Numbered from the whole stretch's first letter, positions 45,441 to 55,419 are shown. The stretch: DNA of 63,914 nt, filler included, from 4 parts of 4 records of this genome joined end to end with filler, not necessarily neighbours in it; one strand, 5' to 3'. Numbers and translations: made by a program. Notes: a model not told the origin generated them from the sequence alone.

Positions 45441-47279
45441 TTAGCTGAAGCCGAACAGCAGTGCGCCCTGATAGAAAATAAAGGCGATCACCCATGCATA
45501 GACAAGCGAAATAACCAGCGAAAAGACCATGAAACCCCACGACCGGCTTTCCGCTTTCACAGTGGCGACCGTGGTCAGGCATGGCGTGTAGAGCAAGCAG
45601 AACAGGCAGAAGGAATAAGCGGCTGCCGGTGAGACCGTCAGGCTGATCTGGTGGGCTACAAGCCCGGCAGACATGGCATAGATGGTCGACAGTGAGCCGA
45701 TCACCACTTCCTTGGCGATAAAGCCGAAGATCAGCGCCAGCGTCAGATAGGGATTGATGCCAATCGGCGCCATGATCGGTTGCAGCAGCTCACCAAGTTG
45801 TCCGCCCCATGTATCAAGACCGGTGGCATTGGTCGGGAAATTGGTGAGAAACCAGACCGCAACCGTGCCGATGAGAATGAAATTGGTCGCCCGTCGCAGA
45901 AATTCACGAAGTTCGCCATAGCCGCGCAACCAGACCTGCCTGAGCGTGGGAACCCGGTAGGGTGGCAGTTCCAGCACGAAAGGCTCGGTGTTTTTGAACT
46001 GTTTGGACCGGCTGAAAATGGCGGCGGCCAGAAACGCGGCTGCAAAGCTGATAATGTAGAAGGAGAACAGTACCAGCGGCCCTTGGGAGGGTGGGAAAAC
46101 GGCGGCGATGATGAAGACGAATACCGCCAGCCGGGCCGAACACAGCGAAAACGGAATGATCAGCATCGACAGCAACCTCAACGGTTGCGAACGCATGACG
46201 CGCGTTCCCATCAACGCCGGAACATTGCAGCCAAAGCCCATCATCTGCATCACGAATGAGCGTCCATCCAGCCCGATACGGCGCATGAAGGCGTCCATCA
46301 GATAGGCCGCGCGCGAGAGGTAGCCGCTATCCTCTACCGCTGCCATACAGAAGAAAAACAGCATGATCAGCGGCACGAACGAGGCAACGGTGGCGATGCC
46401 GAGCCAGATACCGTTGATGACGAAGTTTTGCAGCCAGCCCGGGCCAAGGCTTAAGACCGGTTCAAGAATGCGGTTCTGTATCCAGTCGGTAACGAAACCG
46501 ACCCAATCCTGCGATGGCAGGCCGATGGTCCAGACGATGTAGAAGACGAACAGCATCACCGCGAAGAACAGCGGCAGGCCGAAGACCGGATGAAGCAGGA
46601 AACGATCCAGTTTTTCTGTGGTGGTTTTCGGCGGCACTTCGGGGTAGGTGACCGCGCCGTCAAGCGTTTCCGCCAGCGTTTCTTCCGACATCAGCGTTGC
46701 GCGCAGCGTTTCATAATCAGCCAGCGTGGGCGGTGTTTCGGCTCGCTCGTTCAAAGCCGTACCCACGCTGGACATTGCCGCGGGAAACCCTTCGCCATAT
46801 TTTGCGCTGATGAGGTGTACCGGCAGATTGAGTTTTGCGCTGAGGGCCTCGGTATCGATCTCGATACCGTTCTTGCGCGCTTCATCGGCCATATTGAGCA
46901 TGACGACAGCGGGCAATCCCAGTTGCTTGACCTGAAGCGGCATAAGGATCTGACGGTCGATCTGGCTGGCATTGATGACGATGACAACGAGGTCGACGGG
47001 GTAGGATTTCAGAAAGTTGGCGACGACGGTCTCGTCTTCCGAATAACCTTCGAGATCATAGATCCCCGGCAGATCGACGAACTCAACCTCTTTGCCGTCA
47101 ATTTTGACGCGGGCATTGGAGAGCGAAACAGTGATGCCTGGCCAGTTGCCGACATAGGCGCTCGCCCCTGTAATGCGGTTATAAAGCATTGACTTGCCGG
47201 TATTCGGCTGTCCGATCATCGCTATGCGGGGAACGTCGTTGAGGTCCAGATTGGCTTCGGCGGGGGAGCAGTGACTCAT
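45441..47279 (-). CDS. feoB: Ferrous iron transporter FeoB
   Basis: GQPNTGKS, GNWPGIT, DLPG.Y, NMAD, EDSGYLSRAA, GFGCNVPA, ELPPYR, AKEVV, LYTPC. Confidence 0.95.
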   Translation of the reverse strand: MSHCSPAEANLDLNDVPRIAMIGQPNTGKSMLYNRITGASAYVGNWPGITVSLSNARVKIDGKEVEFVDLPGIYDLEGYSEDETVVANFLKSYPVDLVVIVINASQIDRQILMPLQVKQLGLPAVVMLNMADEARKNGIEIDTEALSAKLNLPVHLISAKYGEGFPAAMSSVGTALNERAETPPTLADYETLRATLMSEETLAETLDGAVTYPEVPPKTTTEKLDRFLLHPVFGLPLFFAVMLFVFYIVWTIGLPSQDWVGFVTDWIQNRILEPVLSLGPGWLQNFVINGIWLGIATVASFVPLIMLFFFCMAAVEDSGYLSRAAYLMDAFMRRIGLDGRSFVMQMMGFGCNVPALMGTRVMRSQPLRLLSMLIIPFSLCSARLAVFVFIIAAVFPPSQGPLVLFSFYIISFAAAFLAAAIFSRSKQFKNTEPFVLELPPYRVPTLRQVWLRGYGELREFLRRATNFILIGTVAVWFLTNFPTNATGLDTWGGQLGELLQPIMAPIGINPYLTLALIFGFIAKEVVIGSLSTIYAMSAGLVAHQISLTVSPAAAYSFCLFCLLYTPCLTTVATVKAESRSWGFMVFSLVISLVYAWVIAFIFYQGALLFGFS

Positions 47280-47404
47280 TGCGGCATCCAGAAATCTGTT
47301 CCGGCCCTTGGGCCTTTGGCGGCGACGGGCGGGAAGTTGGCGTCAGTGGCTTTTGTCTGACCCGGAGCGCTTTGTTGAACGTACGCTTTGTTTGGTTTTT
47401 GCGT

Positions 47405-47428
47405 CTTGCACCTGAAACCGGGTGCAAG
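47405..47428. other. Intercistronic hairpin between feoA and feoB
   Basis: CTTGCACC-TGAAACCG-GGTGCAAG; no U-tract on the coding strand. Confidence 0.55.
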
Positions 47429-47462
47429 GTGCGATCTTGATGAGAGTAGGATGAGGCAGATC

Positions 47463-47741
47463 TCAGATCTTGCGAACCTTGACCAGTTCAGCCTCAGAAC
47501 GGCGAATTGCGATTTCGGTTGCCTTGCCAGCGCGAACCACGAGCGGGCCACCGAACCATCCGTGCCTGATCATGGAAACCTGATGTGAATTGCTGACGCC
47601 GAGCGCCCTCAGTCGCACGGAAAGACCGTTTTCGAAATTGCCGGCTTCAACGATTTCGACAATGCCGCTTTCGCCTGGCTGAAGGCTGTCGAGCGAAACA
47701 ATTCTGCCCTCAAGGGCGGTTTCCATGGCCGGATTGTTCAT
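47463..47741 (-). CDS. feoA: FeoA
   Basis: LDSLQPGESG...RLRALG...GGPLVVR...IAIRRSEA; start overlaps the ferritin stop. Confidence 0.9.
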   Translation of the reverse strand: MNNPAMETALEGRIVSLDSLQPGESGIVEIVEAGNFENGLSVRLRALGVSNSHQVSMIRHGWFGGPLVVRAGKATEIAIRRSEAELVKVRKI

Positions 47742-48247
47742 TATTTTTCTCCGCCGAAGCCTGCGATTTCCTTGTCGATGAAATAGTTGGCGTGGGGTCC
47801 GTCGCCGATCAGGTCAATCTTGTCGAGAATGTCGCCGAACAAGGTCTCTTCTTCGCGCTGTTCACGCACGAACCACTGAAGAAACTCAAACGTGGCGTGG
47901 TCGCCCTCTTCTTCCGCCCGTGACGTTGCAGCGTAAATATTGCGGGTCACCTGCTTCTCGGTTTCCAGAATGGCAGCGAAAAGTTCACGCGGTGTCGAAG
48001 CCTCGATTTTCGGCGCGTCCATCGGTTCTATCCTTACCGGAAAATCGAGATCGAAGAGATAAGCCAGAAACCGGCGCATGTGATCGAGTTCTTCATTGGC
48101 GTGGCCCAGAAGAAAGCCCTGGCAGCCGGACATATTGCGCTGATTGCACCATGCCGCAGCCTGAAAATAGAAGCGGGCGGCCCCCATTTCTCCGTTCAAA
48201 AGTTCGTTGAGTTGGGGTGCCATCGCACCGGAATTTGTCACGCTCAT
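47741..48247 (-). CDS. ftnA: Non-haem ferritin
   Basis: LNGEM...Y...AAWC, HANEELDH, ETEKQVT, DHATFEFLQWFVREQREEE. Confidence 0.9.
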   Translation of the reverse strand: MSVTNSGAMAPQLNELLNGEMGAARFYFQAAAWCNQRNMSGCQGFLLGHANEELDHMRRFLAYLFDLDFPVRIEPMDAPKIEASTPRELFAAILETEKQVTRNIYAATSRAEEEGDHATFEFLQWFVREQREEETLFGDILDKIDLIGDGPHANYFIDKEIAGFGGEK

Positions 48248-48356
48248 TCTCAAGTCCTTTGCAACGTTTGAGAATTCTATGACACACTCTTAGCTAGCAG
48301 ACAATAGACTTAACTATTCTACGAAGGTTTTATTAAGGATTTGAATTGTTTGCAAT

Positions 48357-48373
48357 TTTAGAATTAGTCCAAT
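48357..48373. promoter_or_regulatory. Candidate Irr box (iron control element)
   Basis: TTTAGAA-TTA-GTCCAAT has 2 mismatches to TTTRGAA-N3-TTCYAAA and lies in the AT-rich region upstream of ferritin. Confidence 0.45.
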
Positions 48374-48476
48374 TAAAAGTTAAGTGATCGAGATCCCTGT
48401 TATTTTTTTAAGGTTTTCCCGTATGGCAGGTTGAAAACAAGGGCTCGACCGCACTCAAACTGTCGAAGAAAAGTCC

Positions 48477-48509
48477 AAAAAAGGCCGCGGGGGGTAACCG
48501 GCGGCCTTT
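48477..48509 (-). terminator. Terminator of the hexuronate operon
   Basis: Hairpin AAAGGCCGC...GCGGCCTTT with an A-run on the left. Confidence 0.7.
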
Positions 48510-48551
48510 GGAATAAGAGCACTTCTCACGCTTATCAAAAAAAGAAGAGGA

Positions 48552-50087
48552 TTACATCACTGCCCCGACCTGCCACGGCACGAATTCATTATCACCGAGC
48601 CCCATGATCTCGGACTTGGTCTTCTTGCCGGAAGCCGCTGCGAGAACATAATCGAGAATCTCCTGCCCCTTTTGTTCAATGCTGGCTCCTTCGGAAAGAA
48701 TGTCACCGCAATTGAGGTCCATGTCATCGGGCATTGCGGCAAACAGCGCCGAATTGGTGGCAACCTTGATCGTCGGCGTTGGCTTGGATCCGAAAGCGGA
48801 ACCGCGACCGGTGGTAAACACCAGCATCTGCGCACCGCCTGCGATCTGGCCGGTGGCCGAAACCGGGTCATAACCGGGCGTATCCATGAACAACAGGCCC
48901 TTTTCGCGGATCTGTTCGCCATATTCCAGCACATCGGTCAGCGGTGTGCTGCCAGCCTTGGCAACCGCGCCGAGCGATTTCTCCAGAATGGTGGTCAAAC
49001 CACCCTGCTTGTTGCCGGGGGAGGGGTTGTTGTCCATCGAACCGTGGGCAGCTGCTGTATATTCTTCCCACCATTTGATCCGGGTGAGCAGTTTTTGAGC
49101 GACTTCTTCACTGGCGGCACGGCGCAGCAGCAGTTGTTCCGCACCATAAATTTCCGGTGTTTCTGACAGCACGACTGCACCGTCCATACCGATCAGAAGG
49201 TCGGAGGCAACGCCAAGGGCAGGATTGGCAGTGATGCCGGAAAATCCATCCGAACCGCCGCATTGAAGCGCAAGTTTCAGCTCCGATGCCGGGATTTCGA
49301 CGCGCTTCACGGCGTTAACCTTCGGCAGAAGTTCCCTGATGTGATCAACGATCATGTCGATGGATCTTTGTGTGCCGCCGTTTTCCTGAATGGTCATCAT
49401 GAAAAAGCGGCTTTCATCCATGTCGCCATGAATTTCGCGCATCCGCGCAAGCTGCATCTGCTCGCAGCCAAGGCCGACGAACAGGGCCGCGCCTGTATTG
49501 GGATGGGTCGCATAGCCCCAAAGGACACGCTGAAGATTGTCGAAGCCGGGGCCGGAATTGGCCATGCCGCAGCCTGTGCCATGGGCAAAGGCGGCAACGC
49601 CGTCGACATTCGGATAGTCTTCCAGAATGCCGGAGTGATTGATGATATCGGCGGCCTTGCGGATCACCGTGGCGGAACAGTTTACTGTACCGCAAATTGA
49701 AATATAGTTGCGCGTACCGGCTGCTCCGTTTTCGCGACGGTAGCCCATGAAGGTGCGCGGGGCGACCTCTGGAATCGCGGCTTTTGCGGCTTCCAGATCA
49801 GCGCCGATCTGATAGTCGCGGCCATGATCACCGAAGGAACAGTTGTGCACATGCACATGTTCACCGGCCTTGATCGGGTGCGAGGCATAGCCGATCAACT
49901 GGCCGAATTTGTAGATTTCACCGCCTTCGGGAATATCTACATTGGCGATCTTGTGGCCGCGAGTGACCGGCTTTTCAAGCGGCACGCCAAAGCCCAGCGG
50001 AGTGGCACCGACGGTCGCATTCACGGTCAGGATTGAGACCGTATCCTTCGGGTGCAGTTTCAGACAGTCGGATTGTTCAGCCATCAT
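48552..50087 (-). CDS. uxaA: UxaA/GarD family sugar-acid dehydratase (altronate dehydratase-like)
   Basis: N-terminal SAF domain GHKIA...HVHVHN; GTRNY, HGTGCG, GLGCE, LQCGGSDGFSGITANP, NPSPGNKQGG. Confidence 0.9.
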   Translation of the reverse strand: MMAEQSDCLKLHPKDTVSILTVNATVGATPLGFGVPLEKPVTRGHKIANVDIPEGGEIYKFGQLIGYASHPIKAGEHVHVHNCSFGDHGRDYQIGADLEAAKAAIPEVAPRTFMGYRRENGAAGTRNYISICGTVNCSATVIRKAADIINHSGILEDYPNVDGVAAFAHGTGCGMANSGPGFDNLQRVLWGYATHPNTGAALFVGLGCEQMQLARMREIHGDMDESRFFMMTIQENGGTQRSIDMIVDHIRELLPKVNAVKRVEIPASELKLALQCGGSDGFSGITANPALGVASDLLIGMDGAVVLSETPEIYGAEQLLLRRAASEEVAQKLLTRIKWWEEYTAAAHGSMDNNPSPGNKQGGLTTILEKSLGAVAKAGSTPLTDVLEYGEQIREKGLLFMDTPGYDPVSATGQIAGGAQMLVFTTGRGSAFGSKPTPTIKVATNSALFAAMPDDMDLNCGDILSEGASIEQKGQEILDYVLAAASGKKTKSEIMGLGDNEFVPWQVGAVM

Positions 50088-50213
50088 GGACCTCCAGACG
50101 GGCGCGGGAGCCCGCGTATGCGTGCATGAGCCTCGGTCGATGCAGTGTCTTACGAGGCTTGAGATTTGTTTATGGAACGGGGCAGCCTTGCGGGCCGCCC
50201 CGATCCTTTATGT

Positions 50214-51659
50214 TTAGCCGACAACCTGTTCGGCCATAGCGCGGGCGCCCTTTTCGACAAGGCCTTCATAGGCCGTCACCAGGCCTTCCACGAATGCCTT
50301 GTTGTCCTGAAGCGCTTTCGGGAACACGTCGTCAACGGCGACAATGGCCTCAACTTTCTTGCGCGGTGTTTCGCCGCTATCTGAAAGGGCTTTCAGCTTC
50401 TCGGCCAGTGGATCGCGCACATCGATCGGGTTGCCTCGTTCGTCGACACCGCCGACATAGCGCATCCATGCTGCAATCGCGAGCGAGAGACCGGGAACCG
50501 GACGACCGGCTTCGAGGTCTTCGGCAACGGTTTCCAGAATGCGTTGAGGCAGTTTTTGCGAACCGTCCATGGCAATCTGCCAGGTACGGTGCTGGATCGA
50601 CGGGTTCGAATAGCGTTCGAACAGGGCCGCGGTGTAGTCCTCAAGGCTGACGCCGGGCGGTGCATCGACGGCAGGAATGATTTCCTTTTCCCAAAGGAAC
50701 TTGCAGAAGGCAGCAAAGACCGGATCGGAGACCGTTTCAAAAATCGTTTCCTTGCCAGCCAGATAGCCGAGATAGGAAATCGAGGAATGCGTGCCGTTGA
50801 GGCATCTGAGCTTCATATGCTCGAACGGCGTGACGTCTTCCACAAGCTGGGCACCGGCTGCACCGATATCCGGGCGTTCGCCGTCGACAAACCTGTCTTC
50901 GACAACCCACTGGCGGAACGGTTCGTGCATCACCGGAACCGGATCATAAACGCCGGTCAGTTCCGCCACGTGCGCGATGTCTTCCGGCTTGGTCGCCGGG
51001 ACGATACGGTCGATCATGGTGCAGGGGAAGGTAACTTCTCTTTCGATCCACTCTGCAAGCTCAGGATCGATCATACCGGCCAGTTCGACAACGACGGCGT
51101 GAACCACGTGACCGTTGTTCGGCAGGTTGTCAGAGCTCATCATTGTGAACGGACGAACACCGGCCTTGCGGCGGCGGTCCAGTGCACGCACGATGTATCC
51201 AAGCGCTGACTTCGGCTTGTTCGGGTCCTTCAGATCCTCAACGATGAAGGGGTGTTCGCGATTGAGCCTGCCCGTGGACGGGAAATGGCAATAGCCCTTT
51301 TCCGTTACCGTCGAGGTGACGATCTTGATCTTGGGATCGGCCATCAAAGACAGCACAACTTCCGGATCGTCCGGTGCATCGATCACATCGTTGAGCACCG
51401 GAATCACCTGCGGCTTGATGCCATCGGGAGCAAGCGAAACGGCTGTATAGGCAAACCCCTGCGGCTCGAAAATCTCGCGCTGTTTGGGCGGCGTCATCAG
51501 GTTGACACCGACAATGCCCCAGTCACCACCGGACTTTTGCATGGCTTCATAGAAATAAATAGCGCCGTGGGAGCGATAAAACGCTCCCAGGCCCAGATGT
51601 ACAATCCCCGAACCCGGACGCAGTACGTCCGGGCGTTGAAGGCGGGGAAGATCCTTCAT
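50214..51659 (-). CDS. Mannitol dehydrogenase family oxidoreductase (UxuB-like)
   Basis: GIVHLGLGAFYRSH, TVTEKGY, MIDRIVP, EPFRQWVVED, KLRCLNGTHS, QIAMDGSQKLPQR. Confidence 0.9.
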   Translation of the reverse strand: MKDLPRLQRPDVLRPGSGIVHLGLGAFYRSHGAIYFYEAMQKSGGDWGIVGVNLMTPPKQREIFEPQGFAYTAVSLAPDGIKPQVIPVLNDVIDAPDDPEVVLSLMADPKIKIVTSTVTEKGYCHFPSTGRLNREHPFIVEDLKDPNKPKSALGYIVRALDRRRKAGVRPFTMMSSDNLPNNGHVVHAVVVELAGMIDPELAEWIEREVTFPCTMIDRIVPATKPEDIAHVAELTGVYDPVPVMHEPFRQWVVEDRFVDGERPDIGAAGAQLVEDVTPFEHMKLRCLNGTHSSISYLGYLAGKETIFETVSDPVFAAFCKFLWEKEIIPAVDAPPGVSLEDYTAALFERYSNPSIQHRTWQIAMDGSQKLPQRILETVAEDLEAGRPVPGLSLAIAAWMRYVGGVDERGNPIDVRDPLAEKLKALSDSGETPRKKVEAIVAVDDVFPKALQDNKAFVEGLVTAYEGLVEKGARAMAEQVVG

Positions 51660-51660
51660 A

Positions 51661-52410
51661 TTAGCGGGCAAGCCACCCTCCATCGACATTGAGAACCGCG
51701 CCATGGATATAATTTGCCGCTGGCGAGGCGAGGAACACGGCCGTTCCACCCATATCTTCGGGCGAACCCCAGCGACCGGCGGGAATACGTCCGAGAATTT
51801 CCGCAGAGCGCTTTTCATCGGCACGCAGGGCGGCAGTGTTGTTTGTGGCGATATAGCCCGGGGCAATGGCATTCACATTGATGCCTTTGTCGGCCCATTC
51901 GTTCGCCAGCAGTTTGGTGATGCCGGCAACACCGCTTTTCGATGCGGTATAGGAGGGCACGCGGATGCCACCCTGGAAGGACAGCATCGAGGCAATGTTG
52001 ACGATTTTGCCCGTGCCACCGCGTTCCAGAACTTTTTTGCCGAAGCCCTGGCAGGTGAAGAACACGGCCTTGATGTTCATGTCCATCACGTCGTCCCAGT
52101 CTTTTTCCGAGAAATCGACGGCATCTTCGCGACGGATCAGACCGGCATTGTTGACGAGAATATCAATCGGCTTGTCATAGGCTTCGATAAACTTCTTGCC
52201 GTTCATGGGATCGGAGAGATCAAGAATTTCGCTGACGGCCTTGCCGCCCGCATCCCTGATGATTTTGACGGTCTCGTCCGACTCGACATGGCTGGTGCAA
52301 ACCACGTCAGCACCGGCTTCGCCCAGGGAAATTGCGATACCCTGACCGATGCCGGTATTCGCGCCCGTCACCAGGGCGCGTTTACCTTCCAGAGAGAAAG
52401 AAATAGCCAT
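51661..52410 (-). CDS. kduD: 2-dehydro-3-deoxy-D-gluconate 5-dehydrogenase
   Basis: TGANTGIGQG, NNAGLIRR, SMLSFQGGIRVPSYTASKSG. Confidence 0.95.
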   Translation of the reverse strand: MAISFSLEGKRALVTGANTGIGQGIAISLGEAGADVVCTSHVESDETVKIIRDAGGKAVSEILDLSDPMNGKKFIEAYDKPIDILVNNAGLIRREDAVDFSEKDWDDVMDMNIKAVFFTCQGFGKKVLERGGTGKIVNIASMLSFQGGIRVPSYTASKSGVAGITKLLANEWADKGINVNAIAPGYIATNNTAALRADEKRSAEILGRIPAGRWGSPEDMGGTAVFLASPAANYIHGAVLNVDGGWLAR

Positions 52411-53234
52411 TACTTGATTGTCTCCATGGATATCATTTCAACATCCTTGTAGTCGACATTGTCGCCAGCCATCGCCCAGATAAAGGCATAGTTGGAGGTG
52501 CCGGCGCCGGAGTGGATCGACCAGGGCGGAGAAAGTGCGCCTTCTTCGTTCTTCAGAACCATGTGGCGGGTTTCATCCGGCTCGCCCATCATGTGGAAGA
52601 CACGTGCCTCTTCGTCGAGATCGATGTAAAGATAGGCTTCGCTGCGGCGGTCATGCACATGGGCGGGCATGGTGTTCCAGATCGATCCCTTCTGCAGCTT
52701 CGTCATGCCGACAACGAGCTGGCAGGACTTCATCACATCAGGATGGACGAACTGGTAGATCGTGCGCTCGTTGCAGTTTTCGGAGGCGCCAAGTGTGACA
52801 TTGGCGGCTTCCGCGATCTTGATGAGGCGCGACGGGTAGGTCTGGTGTGCAGGTGCCGAGACGATGTAGAAACGGCCTTCGCCTGAGAACGTGATCTTGC
52901 CCGCGCCCATGCCGAGATACAGCATGTCGCCGTGAACCATGTCGTATTCTGCATCGCAGACAACCTTGCCGGGACCGCCGAGTTTAACGATGGTCATTTC
53001 GCGACGGTCGAGAACCGAAGGCGTGCCGCAAGGTGCAACATGATCCAGTTCCAGCGTGCTGTCGCCGGGGCATGCGCCGCCGACCATCATGCGGTCGTAA
53101 TGCGTGTAGATCAGGTTGATTTCGCCGGGAACGAAAATATCACTGACATGAAAATGCTCGCGCAGTTCAGATGTATCGAACGTGCTGGCCGTTGCCGGAT
53201 CGATGGCGTGGCGGATTTCGATATTAAGCATCAT
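52410..53234 (-). CDS. kduI: 5-dehydro-4-deoxy-D-glucuronate isomerase
   Basis: YTHYDRM, SCQLVVGMT, WNTMPAHVHDRRSEAY, SPPWSIHSGAGT. Confidence 0.96.
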   Translation of the reverse strand: MMLNIEIRHAIDPATASTFDTSELREHFHVSDIFVPGEINLIYTHYDRMMVGGACPGDSTLELDHVAPCGTPSVLDRREMTIVKLGGPGKVVCDAEYDMVHGDMLYLGMGAGKITFSGEGRFYIVSAPAHQTYPSRLIKIAEAANVTLGASENCNERTIYQFVHPDVMKSCQLVVGMTKLQKGSIWNTMPAHVHDRRSEAYLYIDLDEEARVFHMMGEPDETRHMVLKNEEGALSPPWSIHSGAGTSNYAFIWAMAGDNVDYKDVEMISMETIK

Positions 53235-53247
53235 ATCTCCTCAAGAG

Positions 53248-53571
53248 TTAAAGAAAATCATCACGGCGGGGCGTGAAGGTGTCGATCAACGTGCCCTTTT
53301 CCAAGGCCAGGCAGCCATGTGTGGCGTTGGAAGGAATCACGAAACTGTCGCCGGGACCGATCTCGAAGCTTTCACCTTCGATGGTGAAACTGAAACGGCC
53401 CGACTGCACATAGGTCGATTGAATATGCGGGTGGCTGTGAAGGCTGCCTTCGCCACCTTCGGCAAATTGAAACTCGACAACCATAAGCTCCGGGCTGTCG
53501 GCGACGACCTTGCGTCTTACGCCCCCGCCAGCATCGACGGCGGGGAACTGTTTGATCGGGGTTTCGGCCAT
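53248..53571 (-). CDS. Cupin, KdgF-like
   Basis: GVRRKV, HSHPHIQSTYV, HGCLALE.G.LIDTFTPRRDDFL; next to kduI. Confidence 0.85.
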   Translation of the reverse strand: MAETPIKQFPAVDAGGGVRRKVVADSPELMVVEFQFAEGGEGSLHSHPHIQSTYVQSGRFSFTIEGESFEIGPGDSFVIPSNATHGCLALEKGTLIDTFTPRRDDFL

Positions 53572-53580
53572 TTTATCCTC

Positions 53581-54870
53581 CTAGTGGAACAATGAAGGCA
53601 GGAAGAGGGTGAGTGCCGGAATATAGGTCACCAGCAACAAGGTGAAAACGGCTGCAAAGTAGAACGGCCAGATCGTTCTGACCGCCTGCGATACCGGTAT
53701 CTTGCCAACCGCACAGCCCACGAAGAGAACAGATCCCACCGGTGGCGTGCACAGGCCTATCCCGAGGTTGAGGATCATGATCACACCGAACTGAACCGGA
53801 TCAACACCGAATGCGGTTGCAACCGGCAGGAAGATCGGTGTCGTGATGACGATCAACGGTGACATGTCCATGAAGGTTCCAAGAACCAGCAGTGCCACAT
53901 TGATCAGCAACATGATCACGATCGGATTTTCCGAGACCGTCTGCATGAACGCGACGATATTGGCCGGAACCCGCAGATAGGCGAGTAGCCAGCCGAAGCA
54001 GGCGGCAGAGCCAATCACCAGAAGCACCATGGCCGTCGTCTTGACGGCGCCGACCGTCACCTCGACAAAGGCTTTGAAGTCCATCGTCTTGTATAGGAAA
54101 ATCGTACACAGGATTGCATAGACTACAGCAATGTTCGAGCTTTCCGAGGCTGTGAAGATACCGGAACGGACGCCGCCGAAGATGATCGCAATCAGAATCA
54201 GGCCCGGAATGGCGTCAAGAAACAGATGTCCCGCCATCTTCATGCCCGGAAACTTTTCCGTCGGGTAACCGCGTTTCTTGGCGACCAGATAGGCGGCAAC
54301 CATGAGCGACAAGGCGAGAACAATGCCGGGAATGATGCCAGCGGTAAACAGATCGGCAATCGAAATGCGCCCGCCACCGGCAATCGAATAGATGATCAGA
54401 TTGTGCGACGGGGGCAGCATCAGCGCGATCATCGCTGCCGTGACGGTGATGTTCACAGCATAATCGGCGTCGTAGCCGCGTTCACGCATCTGTGGCACCA
54501 TCAGCCCGCCGATGGCTGAAGCATCAGCTGCCGCGGAACCGGAAATACCGCCGAAAAGAACCGACGCGGCGATGTTGACCTGGCCGAGACCGCCGCGAAG
54601 GTGGCCGACAGCCGCACCGGCAAGGGCGACAAGGCGCCGGGCGATGCCGCCACGCACCATGATCTCACCGGCATAGATGAAGAAGGGAATCGCCATCAAC
54701 GCGAATACTGAAACACCGGAGTTTAAACGCTGGAACACGACCAGCGGAGGAAGACCGAGATACAGGATTGTGGCGAAGGATGAAATTCCAAGGCAGAAGG
54801 CAACCGGCGTTCCGATCAAGAGAAGGAATGCGAAGGAGCCGAAAAGGACAATAAGTTCCATGACCGTCAC
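53581..54870 (-). CDS. TRAP transporter large permease (DctM)
   Basis: AIPFFI, FGGISGSAAAD, LPPS, GLCTPPVG. Confidence 0.95.
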   Translation of the reverse strand: MTVMELIVLFGSFAFLLLIGTPVAFCLGISSFATILYLGLPPLVVFQRLNSGVSVFALMAIPFFIYAGEIMVRGGIARRLVALAGAAVGHLRGGLGQVNIAASVLFGGISGSAAADASAIGGLMVPQMRERGYDADYAVNITVTAAMIALMLPPSHNLIIYSIAGGGRISIADLFTAGIIPGIVLALSLMVAAYLVAKKRGYPTEKFPGMKMAGHLFLDAIPGLILIAIIFGGVRSGIFTASESSNIAVVYAILCTIFLYKTMDFKAFVEVTVGAVKTTAMVLLVIGSAACFGWLLAYLRVPANIVAFMQTVSENPIVIMLLINVALLVLGTFMDMSPLIVITTPIFLPVATAFGVDPVQFGVIMILNLGIGLCTPPVGSVLFVGCAVGKIPVSQAVRTIWPFYFAAVFTLLLVTYIPALTLFLPSLFH

Positions 54871-55394
54871 TCCTCGTCAAAAAGATCGGTTTCGCCGAAA
54901 CGGGCTGTCGGCAAGCCCGCAAAACGCCTGACTATGCGTTCCAGCGAAAAAATGGACATCAGCACACCGCCGCAGACAAGCGAGAGGTAATCGATCCCGC
55001 CCGGTATGCCGAGGGAAGGGGTGATTGCACTCCATGTACCGGAGACAAGTTGCGAACCGTAGATGACCATCCCCAGAGAAAAGGCGATGACGAAAAAGTC
55101 GGAAATGGTGAAAAAAGTGAGCTTCACTTTACGTGGTACGACATGAACCAGAATGTCGAAGCTCAGGTGATAACCCTGCCTGATGCCAACGGCAGCACCC
55201 AGGAAAATAAACCAGCCCATCAGGAGCACAGATGTCTGTTCCGTCCAGATTGGCGTTGAATTCAGAACATAACGACCGAAGACTTGCCAGGCGATGAATA
55301 CAGTCATCAGCACCAGCCCGCAGGCCGCCCCCCAAAGCGCGACATTGGCGATAACGCCCAAGACCCGCGCGATCGATTTCATTGTCTCTTGCAC
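54867..55394 (-). CDS. TRAP transporter small permease (DctQ)
   Basis: QVFGRYVLNSTPIWTE, four TM helices. Confidence 0.93.
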   Translation of the reverse strand: MQETMKSIARVLGVIANVALWGAACGLVLMTVFIAWQVFGRYVLNSTPIWTEQTSVLLMGWFIFLGAAVGIRQGYHLSFDILVHVVPRKVKLTFFTISDFFVIAFSLGMVIYGSQLVSGTWSAITPSLGIPGGIDYLSLVCGGVLMSIFSLERIVRRFAGLPTARFGETDLFDEE

Positions 55395-55419
55395 TTTTTA
55401 AACTCCCCCGAGGAGAGAA

